Made by a program: the position numbers and the translations under genes. A stretch of 64,000 bases of DNA. Source: an uncultured Gammaproteobacteria bacterium (lineage in GTDB: Bacteria; Patescibacteriota; Microgenomatia; Levybacterales; UBA12049). Location of the stretch: contig OZ246394.1 in NCBI GenBank assembly GCA_965230895.1, forward strand, positions 505,316 to 569,315. Direction: 5' to 3'. This document shows, piece after piece, positions 39,559 to 48,834 of this stretch. Position 1 is the first letter of the stretch. Each line of letters starts with the position of its first letter. The notes beneath the pieces were generated by a model. The model was not told the origin of the DNA and searched no databases. It saw only the letters and a program-made list of their open reading frames with translations.

Positions 39559-40905
39559 ATGGATATCTGGTCTATTGCAACAACACTTTTTCTTTCAATG
39601 GTTCTTGGAGCCGTTATCGGTTTGGAACGAGAAGTAAATGAGAAAGCTGCTAAAGAATATAAGGGTAAAGATTCAGCAGTTGTTGGACTTCGAAGCTTTT
39701 CTTTTATTGCAATTCTCGGCGCAATCGTTGGGCTACTTTATCCAAACTTTATTGGCCTTTCTCTGCTTATTGGAGCCTCGTTCTTAATACTTCTTCTCAT
39801 TTTTTATGTGATAAATTCTCACCAAACTGATGGGCATGGCATCACGACAGAACTTGGAATGATTTTCAGTTTTGTCATTGGGATCATTCTTGCGATAAAA
39901 CTCTTTCCAGTACAATTGGTATTTGCATTAACAATCGTAATTATTCTTTTGCTTTCTCAAAAAGAAAAAATCAAAGACGTTGTAGAAGATATCCGTAAGC
40001 AGGAAATTAATGCCTTTGTAAGTTTTGCACTGATTGCTATTGTCATTCTTCCCTTCCTTCCGAATACATCATTTGCGATTGCTGATATCCCTGGGATTGG
40101 AGGATTTCTTTCAAATTTCCATGTAAATGTCCAAAAGGTTACAAACATAGATATCGTCAACCCATTCAGTCTGTGGCTTATCGTTGCGTTAATTACTGGT
40201 GTTGATTTAATTGGTTATATTCTGGAAAAGACGCTGGGAACGAAGAAAGGTTGGCTTATTGCAAGTGCTGTCGGAGGTTTCGTTTCATCGACAGCAACGA
40301 CATTGTCGCTCGCGCAAGAAAGTAAAAACCGAAAGCAAATTAACCCACTGATCTCTGCAGCACTTTTATCAAACCTTGTAAGTTTCTTCCAAATTGCCAT
40401 CCTTATTGGAGCTTTAAACGCTTCACTGTTACTCAATTTATCTCCAATCCTTGGACTTATGATATTCGCGACGACTGCTTTGGTTATCTATTTCTTGCGA
40501 GCTAATGAAGTCAAAACCAACACGAAAGAAAAAGTTGTTAAGACTGAGAGAAAAGGCATTATTGATATTGCAGGTGCATTAAAATTCGCATTAATCTACT
40601 TAACCATAAGTATTGTTTCTAAAATAGCACTGGCTTTCTTTGGCAATAGCGGTTTCTTAATTACAACTGGAATTGGAGCACTTGTCGGACTCGACGCTGT
40701 TATGATTAATACGGCTCAACTTGCCGGCCAAACAATTGATTACACCTTGGGAGCAATTGCATTTATCATTGCTAATGGAGTTAACCTATTAGGAAAAACC
40801 TTCTTCAGTTTCCTTCAAGGAAAGAAAGAGTTTGCGATCAAATTTGCAATCAGCGTTGTAGTAATTATCGCTTCAAGTCTTTTTGGATTATTCTTTATGG
40901 CGTAA
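39559..40905 (+). CDS. MgtC/SapB + DUF4010 membrane protein
   Basis: IGLERE, GLRSF, GITTE, GGFVSSTATT. Confidence 0.88.
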   Translation: MDIWSIATTLFLSMVLGAVIGLEREVNEKAAKEYKGKDSAVVGLRSFSFIAILGAIVGLLYPNFIGLSLLIGASFLILLLIFYVINSHQTDGHGITTELGMIFSFVIGIILAIKLFPVQLVFALTIVIILLLSQKEKIKDVVEDIRKQEINAFVSFALIAIVILPFLPNTSFAIADIPGIGGFLSNFHVNVQKVTNIDIVNPFSLWLIVALITGVDLIGYILEKTLGTKKGWLIASAVGGFVSSTATTLSLAQESKNRKQINPLISAALLSNLVSFFQIAILIGALNASLLLNLSPILGLMIFATTALVIYFLRANEVKTNTKEKVVKTERKGIIDIAGALKFALIYLTISIVSKIALAFFGNSGFLITTGIGALVGLDAVMINTAQLAGQTIDYTLGAIAFIIANGVNLLGKTFFSFLQGKKEFAIKFAISVVVIIASSLFGLFFMA

Positions 40906-40910
40906 CGAGA

Positions 40911-41984
40911 TTATCTTCCAAACATTGATAAGAATAATCTAAGAAGCATTGCAAATAACGCCAACAAGAAACCGATAAAGCCCCCTTCTCCATTAATAGG
41001 AGGTAAACCACCATTGCCAGGATCACCAGGGTTTCCCGGGTTATTTGGATCGTCAGGACCACCAGGTTCTCCAGCTCCCGGAGTGGTTGAGATAGTTCCT
41101 CCGCCAGGATTTGGATTATTCGGATCGATAGTTCCAGAAAGACCAGGAGCAGGCGTACCACCACCATTTCCAGGACCATCACCACCTGGTACATCAGTTG
41201 GTGTAGGACGCTGAGTAAGAAATACCGTTGGCGCTAAAACACTAGTAGGTGTTGGTGTAACTGGGAAATTATCTGGCGCTTGTGTTGCGACCCCTGTCGG
41301 ACAGACGTTTCCAAGGCATTGAGGACTTGGAACCCCTGTTATACCAGGATTAGAACCATTTCCTAACATTGGAGTCAGAGAGTTATTAGGATTACCAGCG
41401 AATGCAATTGTCCAATAGGCTGACTGTCCTGAAGCATCGGTTTCAACTGCTACTGCAGCGAGTGTATATGAAGCATTTGTTAAGATAGCATTATCCGGTG
41501 GATCGATCTGCAAACCAGCGATGATTTCATCTGCGGCAGGAGCACCATTAATAATGATTTCATTGTAGTTATTGGTATTTCGAACTCCACAATCTCCAAA
41601 TCGAAGATCCATCGATCGACCTAACGAATCTATCTTCTGAACACTGCCCCGAGAAATCATGTCATGAGTCATCCAAGATGCTTCTTGATTTAAGCTTTGA
41701 TCCCATGTTAGCTGACCTAGGCCTTTTGCTGCTCGATATTGATTAATTCTATTGAAAAGATCTTGTTCGAGTGCAGATGTCTGGAGCTGGACAGAAGTTA
41801 TGCTGCAATCTCCTGCTGCACGCGATCGAATATTTTGAGACTGATTTGCCTGATAAACTGCAACGAACAGTGAGATAAGTAAAACTGTCATTGTGACCAG
41901 GAGATTTATATTTGGTCTTTTGAATACCGGCTGCTTTGAAGCCTTTTTAGGTGCGGGTTTCTTATTTGTATCTTTTTTTGCCAC
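40911..41984 (-). CDS. CAP/SCP domain exported protein with Pro/Gly-rich tail
   Basis: INQYRAAKGL..L.W..YWTIAF; IRSRAA after the TM; PG repeats. Confidence 0.8.
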   Translation of the reverse strand: MAKKDTNKKPAPKKASKQPVFKRPNINLLVTMTVLLISLFVAVYQANQSQNIRSRAAGDCSITSVQLQTSALEQDLFNRINQYRAAKGLGQLTWDQSLNQEASWMTHDMISRGSVQKIDSLGRSMDLRFGDCGVRNTNNYNEIIINGAPAADEIIAGLQIDPPDNAILTNASYTLAAVAVETDASGQSAYWTIAFAGNPNNSLTPMLGNGSNPGITGVPSPQCLGNVCPTGVATQAPDNFPVTPTPTSVLAPTVFLTQRPTPTDVPGGDGPGNGGGTPAPGLSGTIDPNNPNPGGGTISTTPGAGEPGGPDDPNNPGNPGDPGNGGLPPINGEGGFIGFLLALFAMLLRLFLSMFGR

Positions 41985-42060
41985 ACTCCATTATTGGCTC
42001 AGCATTGCAAAAAATGCAAGCACTAAATACGAAATGAGCTTGTAATGACAGCGTTAATAA

Positions 42061-43794
42061 CTACGGTGTTGCTGTCAAATTTTGAGGGAGTGAAAGAAGT
42101 TCAAAGTCATCTGCTCCAAATGCTCGCGCATCTTGAATTGAAAGAACACCATTCCATGAAACGCTTTTACCAGTAAGTACTTCTGCATACAATGTCGCAA
42201 CGCCTGATGTATCGACAACATACGCTCCATATGTCTGTAATGCTCGACCTATTACCTTACAAGCGTTATTTGAACCACATTTTGCATTCACATCCACAGA
42301 TGCTTTTAATCGGAGCCGCGCTCCTTCAGGAATGTTCGCTGAAGTATTTCGGTTTGAAGCACTGGCATTGTCGGAATGAGTAGCAATATTCTGTGTAATA
42401 CCGTCTGTACCAAGTCCCATTGCATATGCTTTTCCTCGAGTCCATGGATATGCCATAGCAAGAGCATGTTTGATTTCTCCATCTTTCATTTCCTGATATC
42501 GTATACTGCCAGCAACTGCAGATCCACCATATGCTCGAGCACTTCCTGACCATGCTGTTGTTTGATAGCCAAGCCCTGTAGTACTAAGCTTTGAACCAAG
42601 TCCTGCTGACCATGTGCCATTACTTGCTTTTCTCATATCCCAGAATTCATATATTGTGTTATTTGGAACATCCCAAATTGAAAGATGATGATCGCTACCG
42701 ACAGATGTTTTTGCTTGTGCAGGCATTGGCACATTCGTCAAACCTCCCCACCAACCGGTATTGTCACCGACGTTCACTCGTGGAGTCGTACTATCAGCAT
42801 AGTACAACGGAATCCCATAATCAGGATATGACGATGTTCCCTGGATATCAAATCCTGCACCGCGCTGATTGAATGAATACTTCAAACTTCCAACACTTGT
42901 ACTTGAGATCATTGTCGCAGATTGTGGGGCAACTGAACCAATAGCAGGGACATTCCATGCAGAAGTTGCGCTAAACAATTGGCATGGATACGTATTCGCA
43001 TTCATTGTATTCGCAGAAGGAATAATTCCAGTACAACCACTTGTTGGAGTTGGAGAAGCTGTAGGGGTAGGCGTTACAACACTGGTTGGTGTTGGAATAT
43101 CTGTAGGAGTAGGAGTCGCAGTTGGCGTTACGCTTGGAACGTCTGTTGGTGCTGGAGTCGGAGTTGCGGTAGGAACTTGCGTTGGTGTAGCAGTTGGAGG
43201 TACCACCGTAGGAGTCGGAGTTACACCATTGTCTAACACAAGACTGATATCATCAATTTGCATTCTATTACCAGATACAGCATTATTTTGGACAACGTAG
43301 ATTTCAAGTCCAGTTCTCCCTCGATCCATTACTGCAGAAACAGAAATTTGTTGCCATGTTGAGCTAAGAACAACTGCAGCACCCATTGTCGTCTTTTGAG
43401 AGGTTGAACCACCTGATTGTCGAAGAACGACTTGTGCTGTTTTCCCAGAAGCATTTGAAGTCCGAACCCATGCAGTTCCAACATATTTAGCACCAGCTGT
43501 TGGATTGGTAACAGTCGCAGGATTATCATCCATAGTATATGCAGTACCACTCGTCCGAGTAATTTCACATGATGCAGCACCAGAACGTGCAATTGAAGTA
43601 TTACGAGATAAAGAACCTTGCCAGCCAACCCAACTGGAAGTATTTGTATCACAGCCAGGATTTTTAACCAAGTTTGGCCCTGCAGCAGAAGATGTTATAG
43701 GGAAAAACACGGTTAGAAGAAGTGCAAAAATGCCTGTGAAGGCAAATTGGATATATCTTTTATTTTTTAGATTTTTACTCATTGAAAAACTCAC
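42061..43794 (-). CDS. Secreted protein: CBM_4_9-like domain, PT-repeat linker, uncharacterised C-terminal domain
   Basis: Signal peptide, NLVKNPG, (PT)n at about 43040-43225, DHHLSI, GEIKHAL, PEGARLRL, LQTYGAYVVD. Confidence 0.75.
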   Translation of the reverse strand: MSFSMSKNLKNKRYIQFAFTGIFALLLTVFFPITSSAAGPNLVKNPGCDTNTSSWVGWQGSLSRNTSIARSGAASCEITRTSGTAYTMDDNPATVTNPTAGAKYVGTAWVRTSNASGKTAQVVLRQSGGSTSQKTTMGAAVVLSSTWQQISVSAVMDRGRTGLEIYVVQNNAVSGNRMQIDDISLVLDNGVTPTPTVVPPTATPTQVPTATPTPAPTDVPSVTPTATPTPTDIPTPTSVVTPTPTASPTPTSGCTGIIPSANTMNANTYPCQLFSATSAWNVPAIGSVAPQSATMISSTSVGSLKYSFNQRGAGFDIQGTSSYPDYGIPLYYADSTTPRVNVGDNTGWWGGLTNVPMPAQAKTSVGSDHHLSIWDVPNNTIYEFWDMRKASNGTWSAGLGSKLSTTGLGYQTTAWSGSARAYGGSAVAGSIRYQEMKDGEIKHALAMAYPWTRGKAYAMGLGTDGITQNIATHSDNASASNRNTSANIPEGARLRLKASVDVNAKCGSNNACKVIGRALQTYGAYVVDTSGVATLYAEVLTGKSVSWNGVLSIQDARAFGADDFELLSLPQNLTATP

Positions 43795-44096
43795 GCCTAA
43801 GACCTTATATCAAATACTATATATAGATGTCAATATAATAAATTGCATTGAGGCTGCAATGGAGAGATAACTGGGTGAGCCACATGGGTCTGGAACATAA
43901 CGTCGCCATAACTCACATTTGACCTATTGTATCAAATCCTCCAATTTTTATCATTATAACTGTCTCATGTCGAGGCGAAACAAGACAAATAAGACACTGT
44001 AAAAAAGCCGTCTCATTTTTTATAATGTGCAGAGTTACAAAAGTCAAATGATATATTTTGAACTATTTATAGTAACCTGCCTTCTTGTTCTGCAAA

Positions 44097-44669
44097 ATGA
44101 CATCGGCAGCAAAAACATATATAACTTTTAATAAGAAGCGACTTGCACTTTTTGTCCGTACCTATGCTTTTTATGTCATCGTTTATTACCTGTGGAAGAA
44201 ATATAAGATTAAAGCAAATCTAAAACCAAAAGATCTCCGCAAAAGATATTCCAAACGAGCTGTTCCAGAAATATCAAGACTTGCTAGAATATTGAATCTC
44301 AACTACATAGAACTACGGGAAGCGATTGTGCTGAATAAAACAAAACGATTGGACCGAGAGTTTGCTGATGATAAACAAATAAAACTATATATTTCTGTTG
44401 AAGAAGAGATAATATCACTTGCTAAAGCAAAACAGCAGGAATCTGACTATACAGAACCTGATTATGAGGAAGAGTTCGGATTACTCACCATGGCAGTTGA
44501 AAGGGCTATTGGGAACGCTCTGGATGACGTAGACGATGATCTGGTATTCGAACAACAGTTTGGAGAGTTAAAAAGAAAATATCTCTATTTGTATTACAAA
44601 ACTGCTCATAAATACAAGCTGCCGACAATAAGGATTGTACCATTTGTTATGCGACTTATAATCTCTTAA
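44097..44669 (+). CDS. Hypothetical protein
   Basis: About 190-aa helical ORF; no motif recognised. Confidence 0.6.
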   Translation: MTSAAKTYITFNKKRLALFVRTYAFYVIVYYLWKKYKIKANLKPKDLRKRYSKRAVPEISRLARILNLNYIELREAIVLNKTKRLDREFADDKQIKLYISVEEEIISLAKAKQQESDYTEPDYEEEFGLLTMAVERAIGNALDDVDDDLVFEQQFGELKRKYLYLYYKTAHKYKLPTIRIVPFVMRLIIS

Positions 44670-44704
44670 CAATTACCATCTCCGCTTAATTCTAGGAGGT
44701 ACTA

Positions 44705-45181
44705 TTAAAAAAAGTTATTCAAACCATTCTTGTCTTTAACTCTAATAAACTCAATACAATACCCATAGCTGGATGGAACCATTAATAAGCCATGTCTTAA
44801 TACTGGCTTCCGATTATCCCATTGAGACACAACAGTATTCTTACCAACCAGTCTTCCAGCGTGCTTAAGATCGCCAGAGAGATAGTAAAGGACAATGTCA
44901 CCGGGTATTCGTTTTTCATGAGAACTTAGCTTTTTGACAAATGTAAAATTTTCAATCGCCCTAAGAACTGATGCTTTACCTGCTCTTTCATTTCCGAAAG
45001 CATAACCAAAGCAATTTCCCATTCCATCAGGCTGAGGAGGTTCAAGAAATGCTATAAAGCGTCCGTATCGCTTGGGTAAAGTACTTTGATATTTTTTAGG
45101 ATCTTTGAAATCCGGATTGTCATACATCTTGTCTATCGCTGATATCGTTGTTGGTTGTGGATGTCTTTTATAAGTATTCAT
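44705..45181 (-). CDS. Putative papain/NlpC-P60-like Cys-His protein
   Basis: GNCFGYAFG...GDIVLY....HAGR.....VVSQW; starts 8 bp after the SLATT stop. Confidence 0.55.
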   Translation of the reverse strand: MNTYKRHPQPTTISAIDKMYDNPDFKDPKKYQSTLPKRYGRFIAFLEPPQPDGMGNCFGYAFGNERAGKASVLRAIENFTFVKKLSSHEKRIPGDIVLYYLSGDLKHAGRLVGKNTVVSQWDNRKPVLRHGLLMVPSSYGYCIEFIRVKDKNGLNNFF

Positions 45182-45189
45182 AAATTAGT

Positions 45190-45777
45190 TTAGTAGCTTT
45201 TATCAGGTTTTTGAATGTTTTTAATTTTAAGCTCTTTTGGTAGGAATCTGTCAATTTCTTCATCAGACCATGTGAAATCTTCGTTTTGGACAACACCCTT
45301 TTCATTTAATCTTTTTTGTGCTTCTTCGTATTCTTCTCTTCCTGTTTGAGGGGCTAAGTCACAAAGTATTTGGTATTCTCTCAATAAATCGTCACGTTTA
45401 TTAATAATTTCTCTGTCAGAGATACTTTCATTGATAATATCTGTTATTAAAGAAGTATAAGCATTTCTCAGACCGAGATACTTTAGTGCTGAATTTTTAT
45501 AGAGAATGGTTTTATCTTCAAACTTAAAAGACAGTTGAAAAATTAAAAAAATAATTTCTATAACAGAAAGACTAATACCTAAATATCCAAAAATTGGATT
45601 AACAGTCGAAACTGAAAGGACCAAAGTTATTAATACGAGAGAAACCAATACTACGTTTCCTATCTTAACTTTAAAGGCTTTTTTATCCTGAAATTCGGCA
45701 GCAACCTCCTGTACTTTATGAGTAAAAACGGTATTCGCAAAATTCTGTCTTACAATTGATAAATTTTTGATGTCCAT
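45190..45777 (-). CDS. SLATT-domain two-TM effector
   Basis: FANTVFTHKVQE, two TMs, ALKYL.LR..Y..L..D, APQT..Y..AQ..L...FT.SDEEID.FLP. Confidence 0.85.
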   Translation of the reverse strand: MDIKNLSIVRQNFANTVFTHKVQEVAAEFQDKKAFKVKIGNVVLVSLVLITLVLSVSTVNPIFGYLGISLSVIEIIFLIFQLSFKFEDKTILYKNSALKYLGLRNAYTSLITDIINESISDREIINKRDDLLREYQILCDLAPQTGREEYEEAQKRLNEKGVVQNEDFTWSDEEIDRFLPKELKIKNIQKPDKSY

Positions 45778-45778
45778 A

Positions 45779-47065
45779 TTATATGGTTCCGATTGGAACA
45801 AATACTCTAGAAAATGCAACGCAAACTCCGTCTTTTATAGCATAACACTCCACATAATGCTCACCCCAATATTTTGTACTCTCAATTTTCTCTTCTTTTC
45901 CCCTATCCGAAGTAATCTCTCCTCTAAGATCACCAGCATTTTGAGCTTCTTCTCCAAAATTTCTCACTTTCCATTTTATCGAATATGGATAAGGAACTGT
46001 ATTTTTAGTTATATGAAATGTTAAGCTTTTCTGCTTTCTCAATAACAGTTTATTAAGAATAATTTCCCCTAGAGATTTTCTTCTAAACCCATTTTGATCC
46101 ACATGTGCATCAATTTTAAAATCAAATCCTGGATTAAGACGAAATGGTTCCTCAAGAAATTCTTCTTTCTCTGACGGATATGATTCCTGAAGCTCTACTA
46201 AGGTCTGATCAAAAGATTTTTCTGATTTTTCTAGCGATGGAAAAGTATCACCGAATATTTTTTTCCATTCAGATACAGCATCTTCAAGTTTATCGTCTTC
46301 CTCAAGCTGCAATGCTTTTTCTGCTCGATTTTTAGCTGTTTCTATATGACTTTTTCTATTTACATTCTGGTTCACATTTATAAAATAAGCAAAAAATTGT
46401 GTGACAAGCGTAGAATAATCACTTTCTGCAGAATAAATAGTGAAGAAGCCTACAACAGCATCTTCTATTTCGTAAGATTTTATACTTATGGAACAGTTTT
46501 CTGTCCATTTCTTGACGATTCTTATCAAAGCTTTCGTTTTTCCTGTTTGGGCATCTGATTCTTTTATTTTCTTTATTTCTGATCTTGGATCCCATTCATC
46601 CCAAGCTCCTCCATTTGCTGTATTTGGGATTAAAAAAGTTCCCTCTACTGCTTCGTTCTCCCATGCAGGTAAAAGCTCAATGTTGTGTGTACCATCTGAA
46701 AACTTGATTAAAACTATCTTTCCCCAAGCTTTTATTATTTCTGTTGTTGTATATTTCTTAGAAAGGATATTTTTTATATCTTGCAAGAGTTGTGATTGCC
46801 CGTTGGATTCATTGTCATCATATTGTTTAAACTTATCTCCGGGCATTATAAATAGAACGTCAACATCTCTAGGAGGTCGAAGATGAGTATGTTTGCCATA
46901 TGATCCAATTAATAATTTTGTGCTACCATCATAATCTTTATTTGGATAATAGTGACTGTGAAGTTTTTTACAAACTCCTACATACTTAGATTTAGCATCT
47001 TTTCTCTGTGCAGAGGTAAGCAAGATGTTTTTATAAAATTTTTCAAAGCATCTTTGAATATTCAT
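45779..47065 (-). CDS. SMODS-type CD-NTase (cGAS/DncV-like) with C-terminal AGS-C domain
   Basis: GSYGKHT..PPRDVDVLF, ELLPAW; AGS-C WKVRNFGEEA..LRGEI..ESTKYWGEHYVECY. Confidence 0.9.
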   Translation of the reverse strand: MNIQRCFEKFYKNILLTSAQRKDAKSKYVGVCKKLHSHYYPNKDYDGSTKLLIGSYGKHTHLRPPRDVDVLFIMPGDKFKQYDDNESNGQSQLLQDIKNILSKKYTTTEIIKAWGKIVLIKFSDGTHNIELLPAWENEAVEGTFLIPNTANGGAWDEWDPRSEIKKIKESDAQTGKTKALIRIVKKWTENCSISIKSYEIEDAVVGFFTIYSAESDYSTLVTQFFAYFINVNQNVNRKSHIETAKNRAEKALQLEEDDKLEDAVSEWKKIFGDTFPSLEKSEKSFDQTLVELQESYPSEKEEFLEEPFRLNPGFDFKIDAHVDQNGFRRKSLGEIILNKLLLRKQKSLTFHITKNTVPYPYSIKWKVRNFGEEAQNAGDLRGEITSDRGKEEKIESTKYWGEHYVECYAIKDGVCVAFSRVFVPIGTI

Positions 47066-47262
47066 TATTTACTTTTTCTATTATAAGGACTTTGGTTTGT
47101 TGGCTTCAAAGAGATATTCAAACTTTGCGCTTTTGATTGTACAGCTCCAGGAGTTCTTCCTACTTTTAGACCAATCACTCTCGTTGGAGTATTTTGCTTT
47201 GCCAGCTGACCCAACTGCTTTTCTTGTGCTGGTGTCCATGCTTTACCTTTGTTATTTGTCAT
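47065..47262 (-). CDS. 65-aa Myb/HTH-like small protein
   Basis: WTPAQEKQL..TPTRVIGLKVGRT..AVQSKA..SLKPTNQSPY; TAATG overlap with the CD-NTase start. Confidence 0.8.
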   Translation of the reverse strand: MTNNKGKAWTPAQEKQLGQLAKQNTPTRVIGLKVGRTPGAVQSKAQSLNISLKPTNQSPYNRKSK

Positions 47263-47269
47263 ATGTTAC

Positions 47270-47911
47270 TCACCCACTTTCTTGCCTAACGGCTTTTATT
47301 ACTTGTATTACTTTGCCATTTACGATGAATTCATCATGTTCACTTATATATATTGGCGCATACTTTTTATCTGATTCAGACAATAGGGCAATATTTCCAT
47401 CGACAGAACGATTATATTTCTTTATGTTTGAGCAACCATTAATAATAGAAAGGATGTAATCACCTTTGTTTGGAATTCGTTGATCGCTGTCTATGACAAC
47501 ATAGTCATTTTCTTCTATTGATTTATCATAAATATTAGCTTTATTCATTGAATCGCCCTTTGCGACCAAAGCAAAAATATTTCCTCTCTTCTTTAACAAA
47601 GACTGGGAAACAAGGAGATATTCTTCATCGACTCGACCTTCTGCAATAATTGTTGCAGGTCCACAGTTCGCAGCTCCTACAACAGGTATTTGTACGAAGT
47701 CTGGCTGCATTGATGCACTTTTATCAAGAAATAATTTTATATCCTCACGTGACTTTAGAGAAAGAAGTCCTTTTTTTTGAAGTTGATTAAGGTGGTGTTT
47801 AACAATTTGAGGTTTGTCTTCTCCAATACGTCTACCCAATGGTCGAATGCCAAGATTTAGCACATCTTCTGTCTTTGACAATTCGAGGATCTTTTTTTGT
47901 ATTGGATGCAT
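47270..47911 (-). CDS. LexA/S24-family repressor heading the CBASS-type operon
   Basis: N-terminal HTH-like region, ANCGP (Cys-Gly scissile site), GDSM Ser, IKKY Lys. Confidence 0.85.
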   Translation of the reverse strand: MHPIQKKILELSKTEDVLNLGIRPLGRRIGEDKPQIVKHHLNQLQKKGLLSLKSREDIKLFLDKSASMQPDFVQIPVVGAANCGPATIIAEGRVDEEYLLVSQSLLKKRGNIFALVAKGDSMNKANIYDKSIEENDYVVIDSDQRIPNKGDYILSIINGCSNIKKYNRSVDGNIALLSESDKKYAPIYISEHDEFIVNGKVIQVIKAVRQESG

Positions 47912-47942
47912 AATATATAATATACACGAGTTATAGCTGACC

Positions 47943-48005
47943 GTCAAGTAATCATTTGACACTGCCATAGTAGTAATTATTCAACTTGACACCAGCATTG
48001 TTAAG
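47943..48005. promoter_or_regulatory. Divergent promoter region with candidate operators
   Basis: GTCAA-N8-TTGAC (47943-47960) overlapping the minus-strand -35 TTGACG; CTTGACA-N7-TGTTAAG. Confidence 0.5.
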
Positions 48006-48041
48006 TGGTAATTTGAGATCGAATATACATCTTATAAATTT

Positions 48042-48785
48042 ATGAAAGAAGACTATTTTGCTAAAAAAGCAACACGCATCCGTCAAAGAATAAAAGTTCT
48101 TACCAATATGCCGATTTTCCAAGAAGAAATCAAGCGTTTACGAAAAAAGTGGAATATTCCTTTGAATGGACTAGAAACTGATCAAGATTTAGAAAACTGG
48201 AAAATACAACTAGAGGTTGCAACAGATGATTATGACGAAAGAGAGTGGCCAAAATGCTTGGATGAGATTAAAAAATTGAGACAAGCAGGCAAACATATTG
48301 AAATTGATGAGAAAAGAAAGGAATACCAGTCAAAAAGACCGCTGATAGAGTTTAATGATGACATATGGAGCGTTGTGAGGGAGTATAGACTCTCTCAACG
48401 GTGGAATTCAGGCATCAAACACTATTTGTTAACAAACAGTACTGAAAATTGGGGAATAGCAAATGGAGTATCAATAGTAACCACATGGGCAAATGGCATG
48501 AAATTACTTTCACTTGAGCTCGATGGAGAGACAACACTTATAGACATAAAGCATATGTGGCCGTGGGTAAAAAGAATGCAAAAAGGCTTACTTTCGAAAC
48601 AATTTGATAAATTTCAACCAATCAGGAACTTTGAAAGGGATAAAAGAACTTATGAGCTTGAACAAGACGGAAAAACTCTGGAAGAAATTGCTGAAGCTAT
48701 TAACGTAGAATTTGATAATGCTCTTGTTGAAGGAGAGGTTAAACAAATCATAAAAAGACATAAAAAGCGCCTCAACATTAATTAA
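48042..48785 (+). CDS. Hypothetical protein with C-terminal HTH-like segment
   Basis: GKTLEEIAEAIN...EVKQIIKR. Confidence 0.65.
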   Translation: MKEDYFAKKATRIRQRIKVLTNMPIFQEEIKRLRKKWNIPLNGLETDQDLENWKIQLEVATDDYDEREWPKCLDEIKKLRQAGKHIEIDEKRKEYQSKRPLIEFNDDIWSVVREYRLSQRWNSGIKHYLLTNSTENWGIANGVSIVTTWANGMKLLSLELDGETTLIDIKHMWPWVKRMQKGLLSKQFDKFQPIRNFERDKRTYELEQDGKTLEEIAEAINVEFDNALVEGEVKQIIKRHKKRLNIN

Positions 48786-48834
48786 GCTTAATTGATGTTT
48801 ATACAAAAAGCCCAAGCATGTGTATTATGAAAAC

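Noticed and set aside
43040-43225. Tandem-looking GTTGG/GGAGT repeats
   Set aside because: Explained by the Pro-Thr linker codons of the 42061-43794 CDS; the same applies to the PG repeats near 41000-41250.
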